DNA of 64,000 bases from Octopus sinensis (taxonomy: Eukaryota). Positions 1 to 11,858 of this stretch are shown here, in pieces. Location of the stretch: assembly GCF_006345805.1 (NCBI RefSeq), contig NC_043026.1, positions 14,549,579 to 14,613,578 on the forward strand, in the 5' to 3' direction. Numbering within the stretch: the stretch's first letter is position 1; each line of letters opens with the position of its first letter. The notes below the pieces were generated by a model. That model was not told the origin of the DNA, ran no database searches, and was given only the letters and a program-made list of their open reading frames with translations. The translations under genes and the position numbers were made by a program.

Positions 1-485
1 GGTCCCTTTTACTTGTTTCAGTCATTTGACTGCGGCCATGCTGGAGCACCGCCTTTTAGTCGAGCAAATCGACCCCAGGACTTATTCTTTTTGTAAGCCT
101 AGTACTTATTCTATCGGTCCCTTTTACTTGTTTCAGTCATTTGACTGCGGCCATGCTGGAGCACCGCCTTTTAGTCGAGCAAATCGACCCCAGGACTTAT
201 TCTTTTTGTAAGCCTAGTACTTATTCTATCGGTCCCTTTTACTTGTTTCAGTCATTTGACTGTGGCCATGCTGGAGCACCGCCTTTAGTCGAGCAAATCG
301 ATCCCGGGACTTATTCCCTTGTAAGCCCAGTACTTATTCTATCGGTCTCTTTTGCCGAACCGCTAAGTGACGGGGACGTAAACACACCAGCATCGGTTGT
401 CAAGCAATGCTAGGGGGACAAACACAGACACACACAAACATACACACACACACACTTATATATACATATATATACATATATATAT
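1..485 (-). mobile_element. SINE family A, 3' half, with its 115-bp tail module triplicated
   Basis: Reverse complement of the family-A tail (…ggggtcgatttgctcgactaaaggcggtgctccagcatggccgcagtcaaatgactgaaacaagtaaaag). The unit restarts at 1, 116 and 231 and runs into the central (CA)/(TA) microsatellite. Confidence 0.85.
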
Positions 486-932
486 TAAGGTATGTAGAAA
501 AATACAAGATAGACAAGAACGTATAACTCTTAGAAGACGATACAATAAACACGGACAGGACATTCGAAACCCTCAGTCTTCAGTCAAGAACCGGATCATC
601 GTAGTAATTTCGGCTGATTAATCTTGAGATTACTAGATCACGGCCAGCCCTCCAAGAAAAACTAAGCAACGAGCATTAGAAAAACTAAGCTGGGAGCGTA
701 GATTTCCTGGAAGAAGGATCGAATGCATACGGACACCAGGACAGCAAAAGGGAAGGCTTCCAAAGAGGAACAACTCCTGAATTGTTATCTCCCTTGCATT
801 AAATTTGAAATTTATAAATATTAAGTCTGAGTTTGCATTTTATGCATATACACAGAAATAAACATACCTGAAGTAAGTGTGTTCAGTAGTTTGTATTTAC
901 ATATATGTGTGTGCACCTGATTAAAGAGATCC

Positions 933-1293
933 GATCTTTTCCTTTTAAACGGCACTTTTCAACACAATTTCTAGTTAACTAAACACTTTTAAACTTCGTA
1001 TACTGGTAGAATGTGTCAAAATAAAACATTTTTTTCTCTTGGCTTTCTTGAGAAAATTGTAATTTGTAAGTTTAACGTAGTTTAATTTTTCGAATTTTAT
1101 CCAATCCTATGCCCTCTATTGAGCTAAAATCATAAAAATTAAACTACGTTAAACTTACAAATTTACAATTTTCTCAAAAAAGCCAAGAGAAAAAAATGTT
1201 TTATTTTGACACATTCTACCAGTATACGAAGTTTAAAAGTGTTTAGTTAACTAGAAATTGTGTTGAAAAGTGCCGTTTAAAAGGAAAAGATCC
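933..1293. mobile_element. Palindromic, internally deleted foldback/MITE element
   Basis: 933-~1090 is the reverse complement of ~1133-1292 (gatcttttccttttaaacggc…gccgtttaaaaggaaaagatc). Same family as 1332-2055. Confidence 0.8.
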
Positions 1294-1331
1294 CCTCTCC
1301 CCTCAAAATCTTGATATAATCGACTTCTCCC

Positions 1332-2055
1332 GGATCTTTTCCTTTTGAACGGCACTTTTCAACACAATTTCTAGTTAACTAAACACTTTTAAACTTCGTA
1401 TACTGGTAGAATGTGTCAAAATAAAACATTTTTTCTCTTGCCTTTCTTGAGAAAATTGTAATTTGTAAGTTTAACGTAGTTTAATTTTTCGAATTTTAAC
1501 CAATCCTATGCCCTCTATTGAGCTAAAATCATTTGCTGCGTCTAAATCTGAGACAACATCCTTTTTTTTCTTGATTGTTAAATTAATTTAATTGTTACGC
1601 GTGTGTCTAAAATTATTCGTTTTGTTTTTGTTTTGAGTTTTTGCTTTCGTTTTAGCCTTTGGTTTTCTTTTCTTAATTATTAAATTAAAATTATTTTCCA
1701 TTGCTTTCGTTTTAGCCTTTCGTTTTTTTTTTTTTCGTAACTGTTACCCTTAAATTAATTTAACAATTAGGAAAAAAAAAACGAAGGGCTAAAATTTAGG
1801 GTTAGGGTGAGGGTTAGGGTTAATGATAGGATGTTGTCTGTTTTAGACGCAGCAAATGATTTTAGTTCAGTAGAGGGCATAGGATTGGTTAAAATTCGAA
1901 AAATTAAACTACGTTAAACTTACAAATTACAATTTTCTCAAGAAAGCCAAGAGAAAAAAATGTTTTATTTTGACACATTCTACCAGTATACGAAGTTTAA
2001 AAGTGTTTAGTTAACTAGAAATTGTGTTGAAAACTGCCGTTCAAAAGGAAACGAT
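1332..2055. mobile_element. Foldback/MITE with ~230-bp terminal inverted repeats and internal TTAGGG-like repeats
   Basis: Arms ~1332-1562 and ~1829-2055 are inverted copies. The AT-rich centre contains tttagggttagggtgagggttagggtt (1795-1821). Superfamily not assigned. Confidence 0.8.
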
Positions 2056-2439
2056 ACAAGAGCTCTACATGTTTTTCACATACTGTTGTCAATTCATAGA
2101 ATTGTATATTTACAAATACACATAATGACATGTGGTTGATGAGGTGGCTGGAGTGGTAGGGAGAGAGGGAGGCAAGTGTAGTGCATCAGCTAATTTGGTG
2201 GTTCAGTGTATTTTGTGATGGTGGTGGTGGTAGGGAGAATTCATAAATTCTGTCATTTGCCAGGTTGTGATGAAAAACAACTTTGAAAAATCTTTGTCAA
2301 AGTGGAGACAATCCAACTTCGAAGGATGTGCTATTCAGAAGGTCCTGGGTGGACTTTTGGAATAGCACAACAACATAGCAATATTGTGAAAATTATCCAG
2401 CAATGACAGGATACTCAGCTAGTATGTGTGTGTGTGTGT

Positions 2440-3120
2440 CATCATCATCATCATTTAACGTCCGTTTTCCCTGCTAGCATGGTGGAAGCACTCCGTCGGT
2501 TACGACGACGAGGGTTCCGGTTGATCCGATCAACGGAACAGCTTGCTCGTGAAATTAACGTGTAAGTGGCTGAGCACTCCACAGACATGTGTACCCTTAA
2601 TGTAGTTCTCGGGGATATTCAGTGTGACACAGAGAGTGACAAGGCCGGCCCTTTGAAATACAGGTACAACAGAAACAGGAAGTAAGAGTGAGAGAAAGGT
2701 GTGGTGAAAGAGTAGAGCAGGGATCACCACCATCCCTGCCGGAGCCTCGTGGAGCTTTTAGGTGTTTTCGCTCAATAAACACTCACAACGCCCGGTCTGG
2801 GAATCGAAACCGCGATCCTATGACCGCGAGTCCGCTGCCCTAACCACTGGGCCATTGCGCCTCCACTTTGCTAGCATGGGTTGGACGGTTCGACCGGGGT
2901 CTGGTAAGCCATGGAGGCTGCACCAGGCCCAGTCTGATCTGGCAGTGTTTCTACAGCTGGATGCCCTTCCTAATGCCAACCACTCCATGAGTGTAGTGGG
3001 TGTTTTTTTACGTGCCTCCGGCACAGGAGCCAGAGCAGGCTGGCGAACAGCCACGATCGGTTGGTGCTTTTACGTGTCACCGACACGGACGCCAGTCAGG
3101 CGACCCTAGTAACTGCTACG
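2440..3120 (-). mobile_element. Repeat D (RTE 3'UTR) interrupted by SINE C
   Basis: (CAT)n tail plus tttaacgtccgttttcc…; resumes at 2870 with gctagcatgggttggacgg. Confidence 0.85.
2483..2865 (-). mobile_element. Full-length tRNA-derived SINE family C
   Basis: Minus-strand head GGAGGCGCAATGGCCCAGTGGTTAGGGCAGCGGACTCGCGGTCATAGGATCGCGGTTTCGATTCCC has A- and B-box-like motifs. TSD gctagcatgg at 2473-2482 and 2870-2879. Confidence 0.9.
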
Positions 3121-3356
3121 CTTGAACAGTGCGAAATACACACACACATATATATATACACATACAGGGCCTTACAAATAAAATAAGACCAATTTTAAGC
3201 AGTTGATTTAGTGGGTTTAACATTTCATTTCTTGACAAAACCTTGCTTACTTGAAAATCTAATCCTCCTCTTTATTTTTCGGGTAAATAGGGAACTGATT
3301 TGACACCAGAATGTCATAGAACAAAAGAATCGTTCCACTATTGTTATTCTGACACA

Positions 3357-4126
3357 TCCATCCATCTATCCGCTCAGTCAAAGTCGACTCTCGGTTACTC
3401 GATGGATCAGTGTCCTCCAGTCAGTTCTATCCTGGGTCGCTTCTTTCAGATTGGCTATGTCCATCCCTGTATCACTCTTGATGGTGCCAAGCCAGCAGGT
3501 TCTTGGTCGGCCTCTTCCTCTCTTGCCACTGACCATTCCAAGCATGATGTCCTTCTCCAGGGATTTTCTCCACATAATATGACCGAAATATGCCAATCTA
3601 TGCTTGGTGATCCTAGCCTCCAGCGACAGTTTTGGCCTGATCTGCTTAAGAACTTCTCCATTGGTCGGCCTCTTCCTCTCTTGCCACTGACCATTCCAAG
3701 CATGATGTCCTTCTCCAGGGATTTTCTCCACATAATATGACCAAAATATGCCAATCTAATCTTGGTGATCCTAGCCTCCAGCGACAGTTTTGGCCTGATC
3801 TGCTTAAGAACTTCTCCATTGGTCGGCCTCTTCCTCTCTTGCCACTGACCATTCTGAGCATGATGTCCTTCTCCAGGGATTTTCTCCGCATAATATGACC
3901 GAAATATGCCAATCTGCGCTTGGTGATCCCAGCTTCTAGTGACATTTTCAGCCTTATGTGCTTAAGAACTTCTCCATTGGTGAGCCTCGCTGTCCATGGA
4001 ATCCGTAAAAGTCTTCTCCAACACCAAAGCTCAAATGCATTAATTCTCTTCTGGTCAGCTTTCTTTAGTGTCCAGGTCTCGCATCCATATGTTGCTATTG
4101 GGAAGACAATTGCATTCACCAATCTG
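3357..4126 (-). mobile_element. 5'-truncated RTE-clade (BovB-like) LINE, C-terminal region with a 158-bp internal triplication
   Basis: ORF text VFPIATYGCETWTLKKADQKRINAFELWCWRRLLRIPWTAR…YFGHIMRR…GKRGRGRP…DRTDWR. TSD ttctgacaca at ~3347 and ~4127. Repeat unit starts at 3503, 3661 and 3819. Confidence 0.9.
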
Positions 4127-4141
4127 TTCTGACACACTGCC

Positions 4142-4709
4142 AATAATAATAATAATAATAATTGTGTACGGTGCTCAGGTGCACTACAACTCATCTAAAG
4201 TGTATATATAATCAGGTGTAGTTTCGGCGGATTTCGGAAAGCATGAGGGCCTTAAAGGATGCAGTGTCATGGCAGTCAACAACTGATGCAGGCAGTTTAT
4301 TCCATGCTTCAGCAACTCTGAGCGTGAAAAAATGTTTCCGAAAGTCATGGGAGCTGTGCTGTTTTCTAACTTTGTAGGCATATCCACGTGTGTTAGACAC
4401 ATGAAGATCAAAAAGGTGTTAGTGTTGTTGTTGGTGAGGTGGTTGATAACTTTGTGGGTGTTTACCAAGTCCGTCGCCAGATGCCGGAGCTTCAGTGAAT
4501 CCATGCCTAGGGAAACAAGGCGCTCAGAGTATGGTAGGTGTCTGATGGAGGGTCTGCGTTTGGTTGCACGTCTCTGGACAGATTCCAGGAGGTCAATGTT
4601 CTGAGCAAGATAGGGGTTCCAAACTGATGATGCGAATTCCAAGTGTGGTCGTACCATAGCTGTATACAGTTTTAAATAGATGGCTGGAGAGTGGCTAACA
4701 ATAAAATTG
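4142..4709 (-). mobile_element. 5'-truncated CR1-clade LINE 3' end with (TTA)n tail
   Basis: LYTAMVRPHLEFASSVWNPY…LESVQRRATK…HFFTLRVAEAWNKLP, followed by a short 3'UTR and (att)n. Confidence 0.9.
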
Positions 4710-4756
4710 TTAAGTTGATGAAATTTCCAAAAGCAACAGTTTATCGTGTGCATAAA

Positions 4757-5752
4757 CCCTTTAGCATTTAACCCTTTAACCATATCCGGCCCAAATTTTC
4801 TACTTCTTTTATGTTCAAACCATCCAGATCTGGCCTCTCACTCATATCCTATAATGACATCCTCAAAATAAACCATCTACATAATCATCATCATCATCGT
4901 TTAACGTCCGTTCTCCATGCTAGCATGGGTTGGACGGTTCGACCGGGGGATCTGGGAAGCCAGAAGGTTGCCCCAGGCTCTAGTCTTATCTGGCAGTGTT
5001 TCTACAGCTGGATGCCCTTCCTAACGCCAACCACTCCGTGAGTGTAGTGGGTGCTTTTTACGTGCCACCTGCACAGGTGCCAGGCGAGGCTGGCAACGGC
5101 CACGGTCAGATTGGTGCATTTTACATGCCACCGACACAGGTTTGGATTGCATTAGGAATCACTTCAAGTCTTCTGTTCTTTTCTATCGGATTGGTGCATT
5201 TTACATGCCACCGGCACAGGTGCCAGGCGAGGCTGGCAACGGCCACGGTCGGATTGGTGCATTTTACGTGCCACCTGCACAGGTGCCAGGCGAGGCTGGC
5301 AACGGCCACGGTCGGATTGGTGCATTTTACGTGCCACCTGCACAGGTGCCAGGCGAGGCTGGCAACGGCCACGGTCGGATTGGTACATTTTACGTGCCAC
5401 CTGCACAGGTGCCAGGCGAGGCTGGCAATGGCCACAGTCGGATTGGTGCATTTTACGTGCCCCTGCACAGGTGCCAGGCGAGGCTGGCAACGGCCACGGT
5501 CGGATTGGTGCATTTTACGTGCCACCTGCACAGGTGCCAGGCGAGGCTGGCAACGGCCACGGTCGGATTGGTGCATTTTACGTGCCACCTGCACAGGTGC
5601 CAGGCGAGGCTGGCAACGGCCACGGTCGGATTGGTGCATTTTACGTGTCACCGGCATCAAATTCTCAGAGCTACAAGATAATGCAGGATTAACTCAAAAC
5701 AATGTGAATGAAAAAGCATTATATTTGACAGAGTAATCTGAACCCTAAAGGG
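4757..5752. mobile_element. piggyBac-like MITE carrying a repeat-D insertion
   Basis: Ends ccctttag…ctaaaggg, with TTAA at 5753-5756 and taaa on the left. Non-D parts are ~4757-4881 and ~5656-5752. Confidence 0.7.
4882..5655 (-). mobile_element. Repeat D with expanded 63-bp internal VNTR
   Basis: (CAT)n tail at ~4883. Unit cgtgccacctgcacaggtgccaggcgaggctggcaacggccacggtcggattggtgcatttta has period 63 and produces the GEAGNGHGRIGAFYVPPAQVP pseudo-ORFs. Confidence 0.9.
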
Positions 5753-5958
5753 TTAAAGAAGTGGGAAAGATTGATAGAAAAGAACAGAAGACTTAAAGTG
5801 ATTCCAGATGCAATCCAAGGTTTCCCACTGGCCCCAAATGCTTGATTGAACCCAACCCATCCACATCCATGACAACTCTTACAAAGAAACTCAGTGTGTT
5901 CCTTTCCACAGTGTCTAGAGCTGTGAAGAGGAACCTTGGCATGACTATTTTTTTTTTT

Positions 5959-6885
5959 TGGAAGCACTCCGTCAGTTACGACGACGAGGGTTCCAGTTGA
6001 TCCGAATCAACGGAACAGCCTGCTCGTGAAATTAACGTGTAAGTGGCTGAGCACTCCACAGACACGTGTACCCTTAACGCAGTTCTCGAGGATATTCAGC
6101 GTGACACAGAGAGTGACAAGGCCGACCCTTTGAAATACAGATACAACAGAAACAGGAAGTAAGAGTGAGAGAAAGTTGTGGTGAAAGTGTACAGCAGGGA
6201 TCACCACCACCCCCTGCCGGAGCCTTGGATGGAAGCACTCAGTCGGTTACGACGACGAGAGTTCCGGTTGATCCGAATCAACGGAACAGCCTGCTCGTGA
6301 AATTAATGTGTAAGTGGCTGAGCACTCCACAGACACGTGTACCCTTAACGTAGTTCTCGAGGATATTCAGCGTGACACAGAGAGTGACAAGGCCGACCCT
6401 TTGAAATACAGATACAACAGAAACAGGAAGAAAGAGTGAGAGAAAGTTGTGGTGAAAGTGTACAGCAGGGATCACCACCATCCCCTGCCGGAGCCTTGGA
6501 TGGAAGCACTCAGTCGGTTACGACGACGAGAGTTCCGGTTGATCCGAATCAACGGAACAGCCTGCTCGTGAAATTAACGTGTAAGTGGCTGAGCACTCCA
6601 CAGACACGTGTACCCTTAACGTAGTTCTCGGGGATATTCAGCATGACACAGAGAGTGACAAGGCCGGCCCTTTGAAATACAGGTACAACAGAAACAGGAA
6701 GAAAGAGTGAGAGAAAGTTGTGGTGAAAGAGTACAGCAGGGATCACCACCACCCCCTGCCGGAGCCTCGTGGAGCTTTTAGTTGTTTTCGCTCAATAAAC
6801 ACTCACAACGCCCGGTCTGGGAATCGAAACCGCGATCCCATGACTGCGAGTCTGCTGCCCTAACCACTGGACCATTGCGCCTCCA
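5959..6885 (-). mobile_element. SINE C multimer: one tRNA head plus three 271-bp bodies
   Basis: Period 271 (ORF starts 6007/6278/6549). A single TSD tggcatgacta at 5937-5947 and 6888-6898 brackets the whole array. Confidence 0.9.
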
Positions 6886-7010
6886 CCTGGCATGACTAGC
6901 TATGTTTGACGATGCCATCACCTCCTAACAGCCAAGGCCAAAACAATCAGAGCCAAGAGATTCTCAAAGCTTCTATCATTTACCAAGCATCATGGTGCAT
7001 GAAAGACTCC

Positions 7011-7435
7011 CATGTTTACTCTTTACTCTCTTTACTCTTTTACATGTTTCAGTCATTTTGACTGCGGCCATGCTGGAACACTGCCTTTAGTCGAACAAAT
7101 CGACCCCGGGACTTATTCTTTTGTAAGCCCAGTACTTATTCTATCGGTCTCTTTTGCCGAACCGCTAAGTGACGGGGACGTAAAAACACCAGCATCGGTT
7201 GTCAAGCAATGCTAGGGGGACAAACACAGACACACAAACATACACACGCATATATATATATATATATACATATATACGACAGGCTTCTTTCAGTTTCCGT
7301 CTACCAAATCCACTCACAAGGCATTGGTCGGCCCGGGGCTATAGCAGAAGACACTTGCCCAAGATGCCACGCAGTGGGACTGAACCCAGAACCATTTGGT
7401 TGGTTAGCAAGCTACTTACCACGCAGCCACTCCTG
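7011..7435 (-). mobile_element. Full-length tRNA-derived SINE family A
   Basis: Minus-strand head ggagtggctgcgtggtaagtagcttgctaaccaaccaaatggttctgggttcagtccc, central (TA)/(CA) tract and (gtaaaga)n tail. Confidence 0.9.
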
Positions 7436-7491
7436 ACATCCTGAAGAACTCTCTGTTACCTTGGATGGAGCAGAAGTTTGGCCTTGTCGAC

Positions 7492-7620
7492 TTTGCCTTT
7501 CATCCTTTCAGGGTTGATAAATAAAGTACCAGTTTCGCACTGGGATCAATGTAATCGACTTAATCCCTTTGTTTGTCCCCCCCTATGTTTAGCCCCTTGT
7601 GGGCAATAAAGAAATAAAAT
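7492..7620 (+). mobile_element. SINE family B, 5'-truncated
   Basis: gtcgactttgcctttcatcctttc…taagtaccagtttcgcactggg…gggcaataaagaaata. Confidence 0.8.
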
Positions 7621-7927
7621 AAAAAAGTGGTGCTTATCCAGGATCCTGCATCATGCCATGGGTCAAAAGCAACACAGGCCTTCCTCGGTGAGAAGATACC
7701 AGTTTTTTGTGGGGGGCCAACACCTGGCACAGTAATAGCCCAGATCTCAATCTTCTTGATTACTTTTTATGGGGTGTACTTCAAGCAAAGACCTTCAGCA
7801 CACTTGAGTCAACAGTTTGAAGACCTGCATCCTGCATGTGACATGCAAAATCAAAAAGGCGGAGGTTGCAGCAACTGCAGAAAAATTTCATTCTCATGTG
7901 GAGACAGTATTTGCCCAAAAGGGCGGC

Positions 7928-7960
<33 letters not shown>

Positions 7961-8460
7961 TTAGCGTCCGTTTTCCATGCTAGCATGGGTTGGACGGTTC
8001 AACTGGGGTCTGTGAAGCCAGATGGCTTCATCAGGCCCAGTCAGATCTGGCAGTGTTTCTACGGCTTGATGCCCTTCCTAACGCCAACCACTCCGCGAGT
8101 GTAGTGGGTGCTTTTTACGTGCCACCGGCACAGGTGCCAGACAGAGCTGGCAAACGGCCATGAACGGATGGTGCTTTTACGTGTCACCAGCACGGGGGCC
8201 AGGCGAGGCTGGCAACGGACACGAACAGATGGTGCTTTTATGTGTCAACGGCACGGGGGCCAGACAGAGCTGGCAAACGGCCACGAACAGATGGTGCTTT
8301 TACATGTCACCAGCACGGGGGTCAGGCGAGGCTGGCAACGGACACGAACGGATGGTGCTTTTACGTGTCACCAGCACGGGGGCCAGGCGAGGCTGGCAAC
8401 GGACACGAACGGATGGTGCTTTTACGTGTCACCGGCAGGGGGGGGGGGGGGGCAGGCGAA
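7928..8460 (-). mobile_element. Repeat D with ~61-bp VNTR, inserted in the last codons of the maT transposase
   Basis: The (CAT)n tail begins at …ggcggccat, and tttgagtga (FE*) resumes after 8460. Confidence 0.85.
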
Positions 8461-8589
8461 GCTTTGAGTGATAAATGTTTTTGTTGTAATAAATGTAAAA
8501 TTAAAATCATGTCTACTGCCATTATTTTAGTATCTATAACCAATTTTTATGCTACGTAAAAGTTGTCTCAATTCGTCTGCAAGACCCTG

Positions 8590-8952
8590 TGTATACACAC
8601 ACACACACACACCACACATATACACATACACACACATACCACACATATACACACACATACACACTTACCCGAGCATAAACACACATGCACACATATTACA
8701 TCCACACACATAACACTTTCTCTCTCTCTCTTTCTCTCTCACACACACACACACATACCACACACATATACACGCACACACTTACCTGAGCATAAACACA
8801 CATGCACACATATTACATCCACACACATAACACTTTCTCTCTCTCTCTTTCTCTCTCACACACACACACACATACCACACACATATACACGCACACACTT
8901 ACTGAGCATAAACACACATGCACACATATTACATCCACACACATACACACTT

Positions 8953-8983
<31 letters not shown>

Positions 8984-9169
8984 TACCACACACACACACA
9001 CACACACACACCTACCCATGCATTAACACACATGCACACATATTACATCCACACACATACACACTTTCTCTCTCTCTTTCTCTTTCTCTCTCACACACAC
9101 ACACACACACACACTTACCCGTGCATAAACACACATGCACACATATTACATCCATACACATACACGCTT

Positions 9170-9217
<48 letters not shown>

Positions 9218-9430
9218 ACCCGTGCATAAACACACATGCACACATATTACATCCACACACATACACACACACATACCACGCATATACACACACACACACA
9301 CACTTACCCATGCATAAACACACATGCACACATATTACATCTATACACATACACACTTTTTCTCTCTACTCTCCCTCACTCTCTCTCCTTTCTCTCTATC
9401 TCTCTCCCTCTCTCTCACACACACACATAG
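8590..9430. repeat. CA/CT-rich compound minisatellite (~100-bp higher-order unit)
   Basis: Recurrent cataaacacacatgcacacatattacatcc followed by (CT)n(CA)n blocks. Confidence 0.85.
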
Positions 9431-9743
9431 ACACATTGTTGTTCTACTACACGTGTATGGCTGTTTTCCATGACTCACACACAACCACCAAGCTACTACT
9501 CATACGCTATAGCAACGCAGATGATATTACTAGCACCATCACAAATAACATTACTATCACTATTGCCGATACCATGGACATTATCATTGCCACCACCATC
9601 ATCAACACCACCACCATCTCCCATGTATAAACAAGGAACAGCTGTTTCAACAATATCTTGGACACTGTATTGAAACTCAATCACTAATATCAGCTGTAAT
9701 ACATTGGATGTCAAAACCATTACATACACTGACACAGACATAT

Positions 9744-10200
9744 AGGCACAGGAGTGGCTGTGTGGTAAGTAGCTTGCTTACCAACCACATGGTTCCAGGT
9801 TCAGTCCCACTGCGTGGCATCTTGCGCAAGTGTCTTCTGATATAGCCCCGGGCCGACCAATGCCTTGTGAGTGGATTTAGTAGACGGAAACTGAAAGAAG
9901 CCTGTCGTATAATGTATGTATATATAGAATATATATATGTATATATATATATATATATATATGTGTGTGGTGCATATATATATATGTGTGTTTATGTGTT
10001 TGCGTGTCTGTATTTGTCCCCCTAGCATTGCTTGACAACCGATACTGGTGTGTTTATGTCCCCGTTACTTAGCGGTTCGGCAAAAGAGACCGATAGAATA
10101 AGTACTGGGCTTACAAAAGAATAAGTACCGGGGTCGAGTTGCTCGATTAAAGGTGGTGCTCCAGCATGGCCGCAGTCAAATGACTGAAACAAGTAAAAGA
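9744..10200 (+). mobile_element. Full-length SINE A
   Basis: ggcacaggagtggctgtgtggtaagtagc head through to the actgaaacaagtaaaaga tail. Confidence 0.9.
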
Positions 10201-10202
10201 AT

Positions 10203-10744
10203 ATATATATATAAAAGTAAGGTTGTGTGTCTGTCTCCTCCGATTTAGATTCCTAACTACTCCCACATTTTGCGGTGCAGTTTAACCAAAACCAGGTATC
10301 TTACAGTCATGATTCATATCGAGCCCTTCTGGGTATTAGCGCGCATCTACGATGAGTCTACGATTTTAAAAATAAGTTACCATCATTTTTTTCGCTATTA
10401 TATAAGGGAAGTAACTCTCTAAAAATGTCTACGATGAGTCTACGATTTTAAAAATAAGTTACCATCATTTTTTTCGCTATTATATAAGGGAAGTAACTCT
10501 CTAAAAATGTCTACGATGAGTCTACGATTTTAAAAATAAGTTACTATCATTTTTTTCGCTATTATATAAGGGAAGTAACTCTCTAAAAATGTCTACGATG
10601 TGTCAACGATTTAAAAAAAAATTTACCATAATTTTTTTTCCATTTTTAATGCATTTTTTTGCTATTTTTTGGCAATAACACTCTAAAAATGCTTATATAG
10701 TTATTTCCCTTACAAAGCCGAGCAACGCCGGGCGATACTGCTAG
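10203..10744 (+). mobile_element. Non-autonomous Helitron with 82-bp internal tandem repeat
   Basis: 3' end gagcaacgccgggcgatactgCTAG followed by T. The internal unit restarts at 10347, 10429, 10511 and 10593. Confidence 0.8.
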
Positions 10745-11209
10745 TATATATATACACATACAGTTGCAAACATTCCAGCTACATATTTGGTGTGAGAATG
10801 GCATATAACATTTGTCACCTTCCTCTTTACCAGTGTCACAAGCCTTGGGGGGGGGGGGAAATGGTCTTTCTAAGAACTGCCCCCATTCCATTTACTAAGC
10901 TGTCGCAAAAAAAAAAAAAAGAGAAATAAATCAATTTATTCCACTTTTGAACTGTTTGCTCCCATTGTTTACACGTGTAGAGCATCAATGGTTTCCCCGC
11001 AATCTCCTGTTTACATTAACGACAATGTAATTTGGTTCATTCCAATAATATCAAGCTGGTAAAATGTCCGTGTAACTTCTGTGATTTTGCTTAAGTTTGT
11101 TTGTCTTTCGTCGTGTTTTCCTTTCCTCTTCGTATCGGAATAAATGAGGGACATGGTGTGAGGGTGTGTGCGTTTGTGCATGTATGGGTGTTAGTATATG
11201 TATGTGAGA

Positions 11210-11690
<481 letters not shown>

Positions 11691-11813
11691 TATAATGGAT
11701 GAAGGATTTGGATTTTAGTACTCATCTGTGAGCACCACTCTGTGAATATATATACCATACCTTCTTTGTGCTCTCCCACAAGCACTGATTAATGTGTTTT
11801 TGTGTGAATATAT

Positions 11814-11857
<44 letters not shown>

Positions 11858-11858
<1 letters not shown>

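Larger units (their letters stand above)
3165..8589 (+). mobile_element. Decayed Tc1/mariner-superfamily transposon (maT/DD37D-like), fragmented by nested insertions
   Basis: Imperfect TIRs: cagggccttacaaataaaataagac at 3165 versus the reverse complement of gtctcaattcgtctgcaagaccctg ending at 8589. Transposase pieces: NKIVKLMKFPKATVYRVH (~4710-4755), NPSTSMTTLTKKLSVFLSTVSRAVKRNLGM (~5850-5945), HHLLTAKAKTIRAKR (~6915-6960), DILKNSLLPWMEQKFG (~7436-7490), QDPASCH…SNSPDLNLLDYFLWGVL…KGGH (~7630-7930) and FE* (~8463). Confidence 0.8.

Noticed and set aside
486-790. Unclassified repeat next to (TA)n with ctgaaga on the minus strand
   Set aside because: The second core half is GAAU and no stems I or III form. 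It may be Penelope-related, but this is not supported.
4996-5736. Long repetitive ORFs (also 8563-9630, 12018-12698, 38296-38928, 54603-55373, 61531-63429)
   Set aside because: Translations of VNTRs, microsatellites or SINE multimers, open in several frames for compositional reasons.
6240-6310. acgacga…ctcgtgaaa in the antisense of SINE C resembling a hammerhead
   Set aside because: C3 and U4 are missing and stem III cannot form. It is the SINE's 3' stem-loop.
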